From assembly GCA_951406725.2 (NCBI GenBank), contig OX597832.1:15438001-15502000 (forward strand): DNA of 64,000 nucleotides, in the 5' to 3' direction. The notes below the pieces were generated by a model. That model was not told where the DNA came from. It saw nothing but the letters and a program-made list of their open reading frames with translations, and ran no database searches. Source of the stretch: Octopus vulgaris. Lineage: Eukaryota. The position numbers were made by a program, and so were the translations under genes. Below, one piece after another: positions 1 to 12,470 of this stretch (its first letter is position 1; each line of letters opens with the position of its first letter).

Positions 1-1345
1 AGAAATGGTTCTATGCGTGTGTAGGTTTAATGTATATATGCATAAATGTCACAGATCTATATATAAAGAGAAAGCTGCTGAAGTTGACTTTAAAATTACA
101 GGTAAACCTTTATGTCAAATGAAACAGAGCTCATATATTTATATTTGACAGCAACAAGAGAGACTGCGACAAAAAGAAAGATAGATTGCATATATTATTG
201 TTGGGGGTAAACACTGAATCACAAAGTACACCTTAATTTCAAAAGTCCTTCCTGTTTGATGTAATTAAACATGTTCACTGAATTAAATATAATTAAATAT
301 AATTACTCAAACAAGTACAGAAACTGAAATATTTGTTGTGGTATAGAATTTAGCAGATTCAATATAGAAGTTACCTGTACATTTTCGGTGAACAATTAGC
401 GGTATTTATGTACCATAGCCATCCAACTAATAATCTCATCTTACTTATATATATATGTATATATGGATGCATGTATGTATTTATGTACTGATGTATGTAT
501 GAATATAGCATTTATTCGATAGATATGACTTTTTCAATGTTAATAAGCAAATGTCGTATATTGTATCAACATTCTAATTAAAAATATTTAAAATCAGTGA
601 AACGTGAATGTTAAAATTTAAATATGTAAAAAATCAGTAGCAAATGTCTTAATAATGACAATATGCAACGCTACAAGATTAAACTTTCCAATGCTTCCAC
701 AATGAAGAATATATTTCTTGAACTAATATTTAATAATCTTTAGTAAACGATATTGGATTTCTATTAGTTTTCGAAATATAATTATTAAAATAGAGCAATC
801 TCGGTGTTCATTTTCAGTGAAAATGAGATTTAACATAACAACGTCAGTGCGTTTCTTTAATTTCGTAAAACTTCATTCACATAAAAATTTTAAAACATTT
901 CGTGACACGTGTAGTATCCTTAATGAGCAAAAAATACGTGGGTGTGAATTATGAAGCTAATTTCTGCCACACAAATCACATCTTTCCGAATTACTTCGAA
1001 AGTTTTGCTCAGTAGCAAATAGAAAGAAGATGATTTTGTAGATACGCCATGCTCTTTATAGTGAAATTCAATTCATAAATAGATAGCATCAGATAGCTTC
1101 TATATGCAACGGTTGTAGCATGAGTATAAACGGGGTTTCTTTAATTATTTCGCAATAGATTGAATAACTGATACACAACCGTAATCGATTTTCGAAACTT
1201 ATTTGGGTCTCAGGTGTGTATACGACAATTCTTTTAATGCTTCTATGTATTTGCATTCTCAGAGGAATACTGAATCATGATCAAATATTGCTTTCCGTTC
1301 TTCTGAGATTTGAAGGTCTCAGAATGTCTCTATCTCTGTATGTGA

Positions 1346-1351
<6 letters not shown>

Positions 1352-1400
<49 letters not shown>
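1352..1400. repeat. (CT)n microsatellite
   Basis: Uninterrupted CT dinucleotide run; explains the SLSLSL/ERERER ORFs. Confidence 0.95.
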
Positions 1401-1402
<2 letters not shown>

Positions 1403-1512
1403 ACACTCTACCGAAACAGAATCTCCTGCGGTTGGCGACAAGAATGACATTGTTGATGATCTCTCTATACATTTCACTCTAGCTAATTAATTTCAATATA
1501 CTTCAGTGCAAA

Positions 1513-1710
1513 GCGGCGAGCTGGCAGAAACGTTAGCACGCCAAGCGAAATGCCTAGCGTTATTTGGCTTGTCTTTACTTTCTGATTTCAAATTCCGCCA
1601 AGGTCGATTTGCCTTTCATGCATTCGCGGTCGATAAATTAAGTGCCAGTTCTGTACTGGGGTCGATTGGATCGACTTGCTACTTCCCACAAAATTTCTAG
1701 CCTTGCTCCC
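1513..1710 (+). mobile_element. tRNA-derived SINE (family A)
   Basis: A-box-like gagctggcagaaacgttagc, B-box-like gatttcaaattcc, then core gtcgatttgcctttcatgcattcgcggtcgataaattaagtgccag. Related reverse-strand copies at ~24.4, 41.9 and 42.5 kb. Confidence 0.8.
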
Positions 1711-4009
1711 CGAGGAGATAAAAATATACTTCAGTGCAATTAGACATTTCTGACGTTTAACAAAGAGTCTGCCAATTATAATGACATATAACATAGCTTT
1801 AATTGTATCAAACGTTTGATTCCCATGGATGACAAATCATGAGAAATTTCGAGTCTTATGTCGAAAAGAAAAGCCAACTATTTTTTTCTCACGTTATATA
1901 AGTAATCAGCAATCAATCCGCATGGAATATGTATTTTAAACTCTAGTTCGTCAACATATTTAGATGGCGTGGACTTAGAATGTCAGCATTAATTGTTATC
2001 GAACTAGTATGGAAGAAGAAACGTAAGACATACAAATATAATATGTTAAAATGACAGGCATAAGAAATATATTTAGACGGATACATACTTATACAAATTA
2101 CATGGGCTTTCGAAACTCCCGCTCTACACCTTCTGATTTATTGCTTAATTTTTTATATAACCATATGTTTCATAATATTTAGCTTTGATATTACCATATA
2201 TGTTTTGCAATATTTAGTTGCTATTTTCGTTGCTTATATGAAATTGCACAGATACTCTTAGAGTCCTGATGCAAATTCAAGATATATTTGTATAATAAAT
2301 TTCCAGAAATTTAAATATGCAATAGATTAAATTAGGTGTTATAGTGAAGGATATAACTGTAGATGGGAAAAGGGAGATGAAATTTACAGTAACAGAGACT
2401 GAATTAATTATGAAATCTATCGGTATAATATATAAATATTCTCTCATGGGAGAGAAACTAGCAAGTGCAAACTAATTGAATGGTAACTCGACAACTATAA
2501 CCTTGGGGGTTAATGAAATAGGTTTAAAAATGGAAGACCGAAAGGAAATTAGTTACTCTTATTCGACCGCGGCTGGGAAAGATAACAATAAAGAGATATT
2601 TTGAAAGAAGCGTAAATATGAGCATCGAACAAATATACAACGATTTCAATGTACACGAGTGTTTTTTCTTTTGTTTCATGTACAATTTTACTGGTAATTA
2701 TAATGGAAATATCTATTGTATACAGGTTTACTTGCGATTCAGGATAATTTTTATCAAGCAAACTGGAAACTGTATTCTTATGCTTATTGCACTTCACACA
2801 TATATCGCTTCAGTATGAGACTGATTTGATTCATATAATAAGTAGAAATAAGTAATAACTGCAAAAAGTAACTGCTGCACTATATGTCTGAAATTCTCCT
2901 GATCTTTATTAAAAAGGCACAGCAGTCTACAATGAAAAACGACACTATTGTCAACTAAATTAATAATACCTATGTTTTCTGAAAACAAAAAAAATACATC
3001 ATATCATAACTTCGCCATCTGGCGTACCAAAAACACAACTCAAATCGTGATGTTTGATTATTCCTGCAAACTAGAAAGCTTTGCCTCTGTGTCACACGTT
3101 ATTCAATTTTACATTTCTAAAAATACCATTGTTTATAAGCATAACGTCGTTGCCACTAATAACGTCATTAATAGGAATAACAAAAGAAAAATCCATCGTT
3201 AATATATGTGAGATTAGCGACAAATATAAAGGATAAACGAGTTAAATGTCCGTCGACATAATGTGTTTCCTATCTTCTATTTTATTCACATTTCTGCCAA
3301 ACTGTTAATAGAATACGGAGTATGAATATGAAATAATTTCCGTGGCTAGCTATTCGATGATAATGCTATCAGAATCAGGGATATTGCTCGTTAAACCGCT
3401 TCGTTCGTGGCAATATAATTCGAAAGTTACATTAAGTTGAATCAATACATTTAGAAATCATCATTTAACAGACTGAAATGGCAAATAATATATAACTAGT
3501 AATTATTTTATCACATCTGGAAGGGTAATAAAGGATAGCCATTCCTTGTTATATTGAAATTAAATATGTCGGCGAATAATGAACGTCATCCATAAGACAT
3601 TTCTATCTTCTTTCATTGGAATCTATATAATTACTAAGAAAATTGTGTATGTTAATTGCACAAAGATTAAGCCAATCATATATGACACTTGATCGCAAGC
3701 AAATGATAAAACAGTTGGAATCGCTGGGATTGATACACCAGAAATAATAATTGCAATGTACGAAATCTAACTGTGGCGAAAAACGTGTTCAATGATATTA
3801 TTTGATATTTTCCTGTTGTTCTCGCACTTCTAAACACATATCGGCATTAATGAATACGATCAATGTCATTTTATTGTTCTCCAATCACTATATTTTAAGT
3901 CGAAAAATTCTGAGTTAGCTTTTAGTGACACTTGGTTACGTATTGAGGCGGTGAATTTTAGCTTGATTAACATTCGTTAACATGTTTCTTTCTAGAAGTA
4001 TCAACGGAG

Positions 4010-4200
4010 ATGTAATTTAAGTGCGTGAATTGGTGCATTATCGTCCTGAAAGATTGCGATACCCTCCGGAAACAGTTCCGCAAACATTGGTTTAATCTTA
4101 TCAGATAAAATGTTTAAATAATCTTGACTATTAATTCTGCCATGAAGGGAAAACTTTGGACCCTTGGATTTCCAATATATAGCCTCCCTATCATCAACTT
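4010..4200 (-). pseudogene. Tc1-family transposase fragment (catalytic region)
   Basis: Translation AIYWKSKGPKFSLHGRINSQDYLNILSDKIKPMFAELFPEGIAIFQDDNAPIH matches the Tc1 F-Q-x-D-N-A-P-x-H motif. Confidence 0.85.
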
Positions 4201-4230
4201 GGAAAGTGGATCTCCTTAAACCTTTACATA

Positions 4231-5126
4231 CAGGGTTAGACAAAATAATGGAAACACAGTTTCATAGAATCATAATTTTGAAATATCTATAAAACCATGA
4301 AACGCTTGTCTATTTTTATGTTTTTGATTTATTATTAGAGTTGCTTAATATGTTTTGCTAAAATCGATGTTTCTATTCAGATATCATCAGCAAAAAGTTA
4401 ACTAAAATTCGTTAAAATGACAGATATTTCAATCTTTCAAAAAGGTATAAATGTATGGAAGGCATAAATGAAACAGCCTGAATGTTTGGCTTATGAAGAA
4501 GTACTGTCTCGAAAGTAATGACAGCCTTTGAGAAAGAGGAGAAAACCTCCCCATCGAAATAAAACTCCGGAAGAAGACCAACATTTTCAGATAGGGATCA
4601 TCGAATTCTTACGCAAATTGTAAGAAACGATCACTAGGTTACAGCTCTCGAAATTACTGTAGAACCTAATGACCACCTCGAGAACCCAGTTTTCGCAAAA
4701 TAATTATTTAGGGAGAGCTGCACAAAGCTAGATTTCACGGGTTGGCTGCAATCAAACAACCACTTCTTTGAAAAACAAACGGTACAAAGCGTTTAGAGTG
4801 GAGTAAAAGCCCACAGAATTGGTATGTATGCCGCCGGCCGATTGTACGTGTGGAGACAGCCAAAAGAAGCATTTGTTCCAGAAGGCTTTCTTCGAATTAT
4901 TAAACATGGAAGAGCATCTATGATGATCTGGGGGCTATATGTTGAAAATCCACGGGCGCAATTGTTTCCATTCATGGCAGAATTAACAATGCAGACTATT
5001 TAATTTGAACATCTTATCAGGCCACCACATTTCCCATGTCTCAAATTTATCGAATATTTATGTTGCATTTTACAAAAAACCTAAGGAGTCGATATCCTCC
5101 ACCACCCTCAAATTGTCCATCCACTG
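4231..5126 (+). mobile_element. Decayed, internally deleted Tc1-like DNA transposon
   Basis: Starts TA|cagggttagacaaaataatggaaacac and ends ttgtccatccactg|TA (degenerate TIRs, TA target). Broken frames read TVSKVMTAFEKE..SGRRPTFSDRDHRIL..RELHKARFHG..RLEW, GRLYVWRQPKEAF..KHGRASMMIWG and EHLIRPPHFPCLKFIEYL (decayed WPPQSPDLNxIE). Confidence 0.8.
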
Positions 5127-5291
5127 TATACCTCAGATCTAATGCCATTTTCATCTTCCGTAGAGCCGTTATAATAACAATTTATTTACCGATATGTCAC
5201 TAAAATTATCGATATTAATGTCTCTCCTCCTACAAAATCATCTCTGTTCTATCTCGTTTTTTCTTTCAAATAATTTATTATCACCATATTA

Positions 5292-5385
5292 GTCGTCGTC
5301 ACCACCACCACCACCATCATTATCGTTATCATCATCATCATCGTCGTCGTCATCATCATCATCATCATCATCACCATCATCATCG
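5292..5385. repeat. Compound (GTC)/(ACC)/(ATC) trinucleotide repeat
   Basis: Directly visible; produces the poly-D ORF. Confidence 0.9.
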
Positions 5386-6177
5386 ATACAACTGCCTCGG
5401 CTATCGAGGACCGCCCTCTTTGTCACTATCTCTGTCGTCGATATTGTCGCTGTCTGAGTGAATTGGAATTTGGTGTCCTGCTCTTCATTTTTTCTTGGGC
5501 AATTATTCATTTCATTTGCCGTCAGACGTCATTCTTCCTCTCTTCTTTGTCATTGTTAATAAAATATCGACCATTTTGTACTTTCTTCTGGTCTTTCTTA
5601 TTGCTATCGTAAAAATAATAATACACTATTTTACAACACCAAAAATATATCCCAGTTATTAACACCTAATCGCTTAGCTCTTATTTGTTTTCTTTTATTT
5701 TCAGTAGCATCTCTAACCTTTAAAACGTTTAAAATGTTGACCATGTAGTTTCTGATAAGTAGCTACCTCAGAAGCCTCATCAGGATGCATACCAAGAACA
5801 CAATTATAGGATATTGGCAATTTTCCGATGTTCCCCCACAATTCGCAATAATCTGTATTTGTCGTTCAGATTTTGTTTATTTTCCAACTGTTGTTTCATG
5901 ATAAGCGTCATACTTTTCTCCTAACGTTATGATTAAAAATCAAAACATGCAGTTAATATGTAACACGAAAGTAAAAATAATAATATCACCCTACCTACAA
6001 AAACACACTATAATCACAAAGACTCCAGGAATAACAACAACAGCATAGGCCCCTACGAAACATCTTTTCTCATACATACACACACACATCTAAAAAAGGA
6101 ATGTTTAATTATATGAATAAGTAGTGGGACCTAAAGGCTTGTATTGTCACGGATACGAAGGCACAGCCACAGAGACA

Positions 6178-6513
<336 letters not shown>

Positions 6514-8293
6514 TGTAGAGCATTTCAAAACGAAAATATCGCCTTTTTATTCAATTATTATGCTATCTCGAGATGCCTATGTTTTATTTCGTATCTACCG
6601 TAATTGCATGGGGTTAATACCCAGGTCAGAAAGGATATTTGAAACTTATTATAAAACGCTTACTGACGTTACTTTCGAAACATATTTCATTCATAAAGTA
6701 CCTTGTTTTAACCTTGTTTTGAGAATGTTCTTACAATGTAATGTTGTTCTTAAAATTTAAGCGTGATAGATTTGTCATTTATTTGATGTGGAGAAAGTGC
6801 CGGAGCTCTACCCTTTTACTCTACCATTATTAGTCTTATTTTAATCTCCGAGAAAAATATAATATTTATTTCGGAATGTTTGTACGGACACTTTCAAGAT
6901 TACGGTTCTTTATGTTAAGAAGCAAGGCAAACTAATCTATTTCAATTAACCAGCGATGGATTTATTCTCTTTCCTGGGCATTAGACTCCTAAGTTAATAA
7001 ACGCATAAGTTCAGTGTTTAACCTGCCATCTTGGAGGTATATATGAGACTGACTTGGGAGGATATTAGTAAAACCATCTATAAAGAAGAGATTAAAAATT
7101 CTGTGTATGATTTCACCAAAAATCCTTGAAACTCTGGCAGGGCCATGAAAGTATAAATTTGATTTTGGCACATTTGAAACATAGTATAACACAAACAAAC
7201 TATAAACAATTCATCAATATCTAATTAATTAAGTTTAGATATTGTTGTTTTTTGATATGCTTAATTAATTATATTTGAAGCGAGTTCGAATTATGAATTC
7301 AGGCCGCAGTAATCGATTATCCAATTTTAATAAAACTTTATATACCGAAAACAAAATCTACAAGCTTACCAAATGAGTAGAAGGAAAATTTCTAATTTTG
7401 TCTACTTTTTATGGATTTAAATTATACCGACATGCGAAATGTAAGACAAATCAATGGGATGGCTACTTCAATAGAAAATGATGCAGGAATGAGATATTTG
7501 AACGTCAACAAGTGATCATCCACGACGACAATAAAATGTACAGTAAAAGAAATTTCTTTCCGTATGCGCTCAGATTCTGAATGAGAATGTGTGTGTGTGT
7601 TTGTAAGAAATAGTGGCACAACAAGGTACCAATTGGTTTGGAAATAGCAGTCAATAATCGTTCGATGCTAGGTAAATCTTTACTAAATGTATGGAGTCAA
7701 AGACGTGTGCGGGCGGCGAATATAAAAAAAATATGTCTTAGCTTTAAGGAAAACGCCAGAGAAATGGAAAACCTACTATTAAAGTTTCGACCATTTCAAA
7801 ATACATTTGTTTTCGTAAAACCGTCCTCGTCAGCAGAGTAAACCGAAGAGACTAAACTTAAAATATCCACCACGTCAATGAACATCAATGACTGTATACT
7901 CCATCAATAGTCCCAGCAATAAACTGTACTGAGATCAGTGTGACATATTTCTTTATACAATATAAATATCATCAAAAAATGTTATTAAAAAACACTAAAA
8001 CATAAAGCGCTAGTAGGATCGATACATTTTGAAGATAAAATGTTGAAAAACCAGTGAAGTATTACTCTAGCTTTCCGTATTCGTCAACAAAGTGCGAATA
8101 ATATAGCAAAATTATGCATGTTAAACAAATATTTTGAAGATGTGATATGGATGTAATTATAGTGTTCGAACAAGCAGAGAGCGTAGCTGAGCAGATTATT
8201 ATTATTATTATTATTATTATTATTTTTTCCTAAATGTGAGTGTGAATATTTTACACACACACACACACATGCACATGCGTGCATATATATATG

Positions 8294-8340
<47 letters not shown>

Positions 8341-9199
8341 ATGTATATGTGTATGTGTGTGTTTGTTTGTTTGTGCATGTATACCTTTTGTTTGTCTATA
8401 TGTAGGGCAACAAATATGAAAGCTAGCCTGATCTCCCCGCAATTTTCCCTCCCAAACCAATATTAAAAACTGCATATATTTCCAAAAGTATTCCAATAGT
8501 AACTTTATGTATCGTTTTTTCTCTCTCTCCTATCTCTGGTACCATGTCTTTCTTTTCTAAATACATGAAACTTACGTATCGCTACCCACCACCACCCAGA
8601 GACACACCTAAAAATTTATTTGACATAGAAAATTACTGAAGATTCTCTTTATGAAATTAAGGTTGCTGATTCAGCAAGAAGAGAATTTAAAGAACATCTG
8701 GCCATTGTATTTTTCCCCAAAGGTCAAATATTAAAATGGAATCAACAGGAGAACTCTTTTACAGTCCCTTTATAAAAGCGACATTAAACACCCCATCACC
8801 CCCTAGCTCAACCCTCATTTATCTTCGTTTTACCATTCACAATATTCTTTCGTTTACCATTCATTATATTCTTTCATATACCATTTACTACCTTCGTGTT
8901 CATCGACACTCCTTCACTCTCACACTCATGATCAAGTCCCAATCCTACTAAAGACATACTTAAAACTGTTGTTAAATATAGAATCCCATAGCACAACAAA
9001 ACCTGAGATCAGTTAGATAATCGCCACCGATGAATGCGGGAAGGTTCTCCAGAAAACTAAACAAATTCTTTGAATTTAACAAAGTAGATACCAGATTTAC
9101 AAACCAAACTATAAAATTATATCGAAATATATTACATGAGGACATTAAATCCATTATAATTATCAATAAAGTCATTGTTTTCGTTTTCAAATATAGATA

Positions 9200-9280
<81 letters not shown>

Positions 9281-9284
9281 ATAT

Positions 9285-9587
9285 GTATCAGAAGAAATAC
9301 AGGACGCAAAGTATTTTGCGGTACATATGTTTGGGGCTTTATTGAACAACTAATTCTTATATCAATGTACATTTGATACAACAGATGGATCAAAACCCTT
9401 CTTCAGCCGCGTACAGTTACCTCACCAAAGACATGTATCACATTATAACAGGTAATTGTACGCGGCTGAATAAGGCTTTTGATCTATCTGTTGTATTAAC
9501 TATGCATTGATATGAGAATTAGCTGTTCAATAATGCCCGAAACTTATGTCACGCAAAATCCTTTGCGTCCTGTTTTTCTTTTGATGC
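9285..9587. repeat. Imperfect long inverted repeat (~138-bp arms, 27-bp spacer) between (TA)n runs
   Basis: 9285-9422 is the reverse complement of 9450-9587, e.g. ttcagccgcgtacagttacct / aggtaattgtacgcggctgaa and caggacgcaaag / ctttgcgtcctg. Confidence 0.9.
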
Positions 9588-9642
9588 TTATATCCTATCA
9601 CCTTTACAGGTGCTTACATTTATCAAGTATTCACCGTGAATT

Positions 9643-9704
<62 letters not shown>

Positions 9705-10163
9705 GGGACATAGAAATAATCGGATTGAATACCCGATCGCGCAGTTAAACCATTGGGAGTGACGGACTCCTAGCCTTTGTTAGGGCATCCTTCTAGGAGA
9801 AGGTAACTCAGGTAACTGGGATAACTTCGATATAAAACCTTCGGCTCAGTGGTTACCGATGATGTTGAATCTCTGAAGTAGAAGAAACGCAAATGTACCA
9901 ATCTGCGGATGACACCAGTTACCACATCTACGCCAGTATTCTAATCAATATCTCAACACTCGACATATACCCACTAATCCAAAATATTTCACACTTACAC
10001 ACCAACATACGCAGACACAAACTCACACACAGATACATACTTACGTAGCTACATAACCATTCCTGAGTCTATGGATAGTAAATATAATAAAAGTGCCTAG
10101 ATGCGGCTGCTCTTATTGTGTTTAGCATGGGGTAAGCTGTGATCGGGTAGTCAACTAGACATA

Positions 10164-10370
10164 CTCTCTTTTACTTGTTTCAGTCATGTGATTGTGACCA
10201 TGCTGGAGCACCGCCTTTATTCGAGCAAATCGGCCCCAGGACTTATTCTTTGTAAGCTTAGTACTTATGCTATCGCTTTTTTTGACGAACCGCTAAGATA
10301 TGGGGACATAAACACAATGTGATCGGTTGTCAAGCGATGTTGGGGGACAAACACAAACACATACGTACCT

Positions 10371-10404
<34 letters not shown>

Positions 10405-10603
10405 ACATATATATATATATTTATATATATACATAAAAGCGACGGGTTTCTTTTAGTTTCCGTCTACCAAACCCCCTTACAAGGCTTTGGTCGGACCAAT
10501 GCTATAGTAGAAAACACTTGCTCAAGATGCCACGCAGTTGGACTGAAACCAGAACCATGTGGTTTGTAAGCAAGCTACTTCCCACACAGCCACTCCAACG
10601 CCT
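10164..10603 (-). mobile_element. tRNA-derived SINE (family B) with internal (CA)/(TA) microsatellite
   Basis: Minus strand begins ggagtggctgtgtgggaagtagcttgct..ggtttcagtcc (A/B boxes) and ends gctccagcatggtcacaatcacatgactgaaacaagtaaaagaga. Collinear with the plus-strand copy at 20381-20852. Confidence 0.85.
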
Positions 10604-12425
10604 ATTAACATATGATATAAGAAGTTTTCCCTTGCTGTTGCTATTGCTCTTAGCCATGGTCTGCTCGACGTATGTACAAAGACGGTTTCTTCTACATTAG
10701 AATTTCGTGTAGTTCTATAATTATTTTACTATTGTATCCTTCTTTATTTTTACCTCATGATGTTTCCATATGAGAAATATCTGTCTGCTAATTTGAGTGT
10801 ATAAATTTCAAATACATTATTCGAATAGCTAACGTTATATGTTCAAACATTGTTGGTTAATGTATTTGTTCTTTGAGATATTAAGAGGGGTTTTGTATGT
10901 CAGGGAGGACTACAGACAATCACTATTTCCCCCTTTGTTTATAAGTCTTCACATATGATCCTCTTATGCGTAATGATGCAATGGTTTTAGTTTTAACACT
11001 CCACAACTGATCGAACTTGCAGACATGAAAAATTGCTACAAAGGAATATATTACGAATGAAAACGAACAATATTTCAACATTGCCTAAATCAAGATAACA
11101 GAAAAGTAAATTAAGGACACGTAGAAATACAATGTGTTGTTTGTCATGCTGCCGGTACTGTTTTCAGATGCAAGCTAATTTGCAGGTGTAAATGCTAAGA
11201 AACGTTAATTGAGAAGATATACCTGACACGTTTCGATATTGAAATATTTTGGAAGTGTGTATTTTAATCATCTATGAAGACGAGTCGACACTCAATGTAC
11301 GCCCAAGTAATTTCAGAAGCTCATAGGATATTAGTAGCACGTGAAAATTAATCACATGCTGCTGATAGCTCTATGCCTAATATGCAATTTTTTCCTCATA
11401 TAATACATGTTGATTTATAGGAGAAAGAGACTCGCTAAGTATACAAAGTAGAGCACGCTCTCTCACTGACAAATTGCATTAATAATGATATCGGATATAA
11501 AGAATATAAGAAATAAATTTTCAATAATTATTATATTCGATATTTAAATATGAAGGGAAAGAAATGCTTTAAAATGTTATATGTGCATACTGTATTGTTT
11601 CTTTCGATGAAATAACTCAATAATTTCAATGAATATAACTTATTCACCTGGAAATTCGAATTTGTTTTCGAATTCTTGTTTCAACGAAATATTTCAGCAA
11701 TTTTAAGGTTCTGACAACTTCAGCAAATTATAGATACGATTTATTACAAACAATTCTTCCGCTGTTTTAACCCGTTATTACACAACGTCTGTGACTTATG
11801 TGTCATTTTAATGGTGTAAGACACATTTTCCGTTGATAAAATGATTGTTATAAAATGTAACATCAAATGAGTTCTCTGTTCAATAAAAATCACTTTCATA
11901 TCATTATTCAATTTGAAAGAAGAAAAAAAAACCGAAAAATATGTAAAGTAATCGCCTAACTAAATCGAGGAAACTGAAGAATAAACTGATTATATGGATG
12001 CTTGTTTTTAGGTATAAAAGAATAAAATGTAGCAAACAGTGAAGAAAACACACATGTAAACGATGTAAGGCATCAAAAATGTTTTGTAACGGAGCACAGG
12101 ATTCATACACATATAAATACATGTTTATATATGCTCATGTGTACATGCCGGTCGTATTTCTGAATGGGAAGTTATTTACATTGCAGGTAGTCGGTCTCAT
12201 GATCGATCCACTGGTGGAAACTATAATAAATCTCTGAACGCGGTAGCTGCATGGCAATGTGAAATAGATTTGCCTCTTAAATGTGGCTAAATACTATGGG
12301 CGGATGCTACTGTAGATATTAACCCCAGGAGAATATCTTCTCCAGCTGGCTATTGACACATTTTCTGTGCCCTATCAGTATTTGCAAAATGAAGCCTTCC
12401 TTCCCATCGTCGGCCTGACGTGATA

Positions 12426-12470
12426 CGCGCGGACCCGGGTTTCTGGGTATTTACCCGTCGTCAGCGCACG
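12426..12470 (-). ncRNA. Type I hammerhead ribozyme motif
   Basis: Minus strand: CGUGCG-CUGACGA-C-GGGUA-AA-UACCC-A-GAAA-CCCGGG-UC^CGCGCG. 6-bp stem I, GGGU/ACCC stem II, palindromic stem III (ACCCGGGU), GUC cleavage triplet; C-A mismatch at the base of stem II. Confidence 0.8.

Noticed and set aside
5735-5790. Minus-strand CUGAUGA..GAAAC..GUC hammerhead-like spacing
   Set aside because: Stem I does not pair and stem II does not close next to the core.
7770-7836. Minus-strand CUGACGA-GGAC..GUC-GAAAC..GUA
   Set aside because: No stem I pairing; may be chance or too decayed to call.
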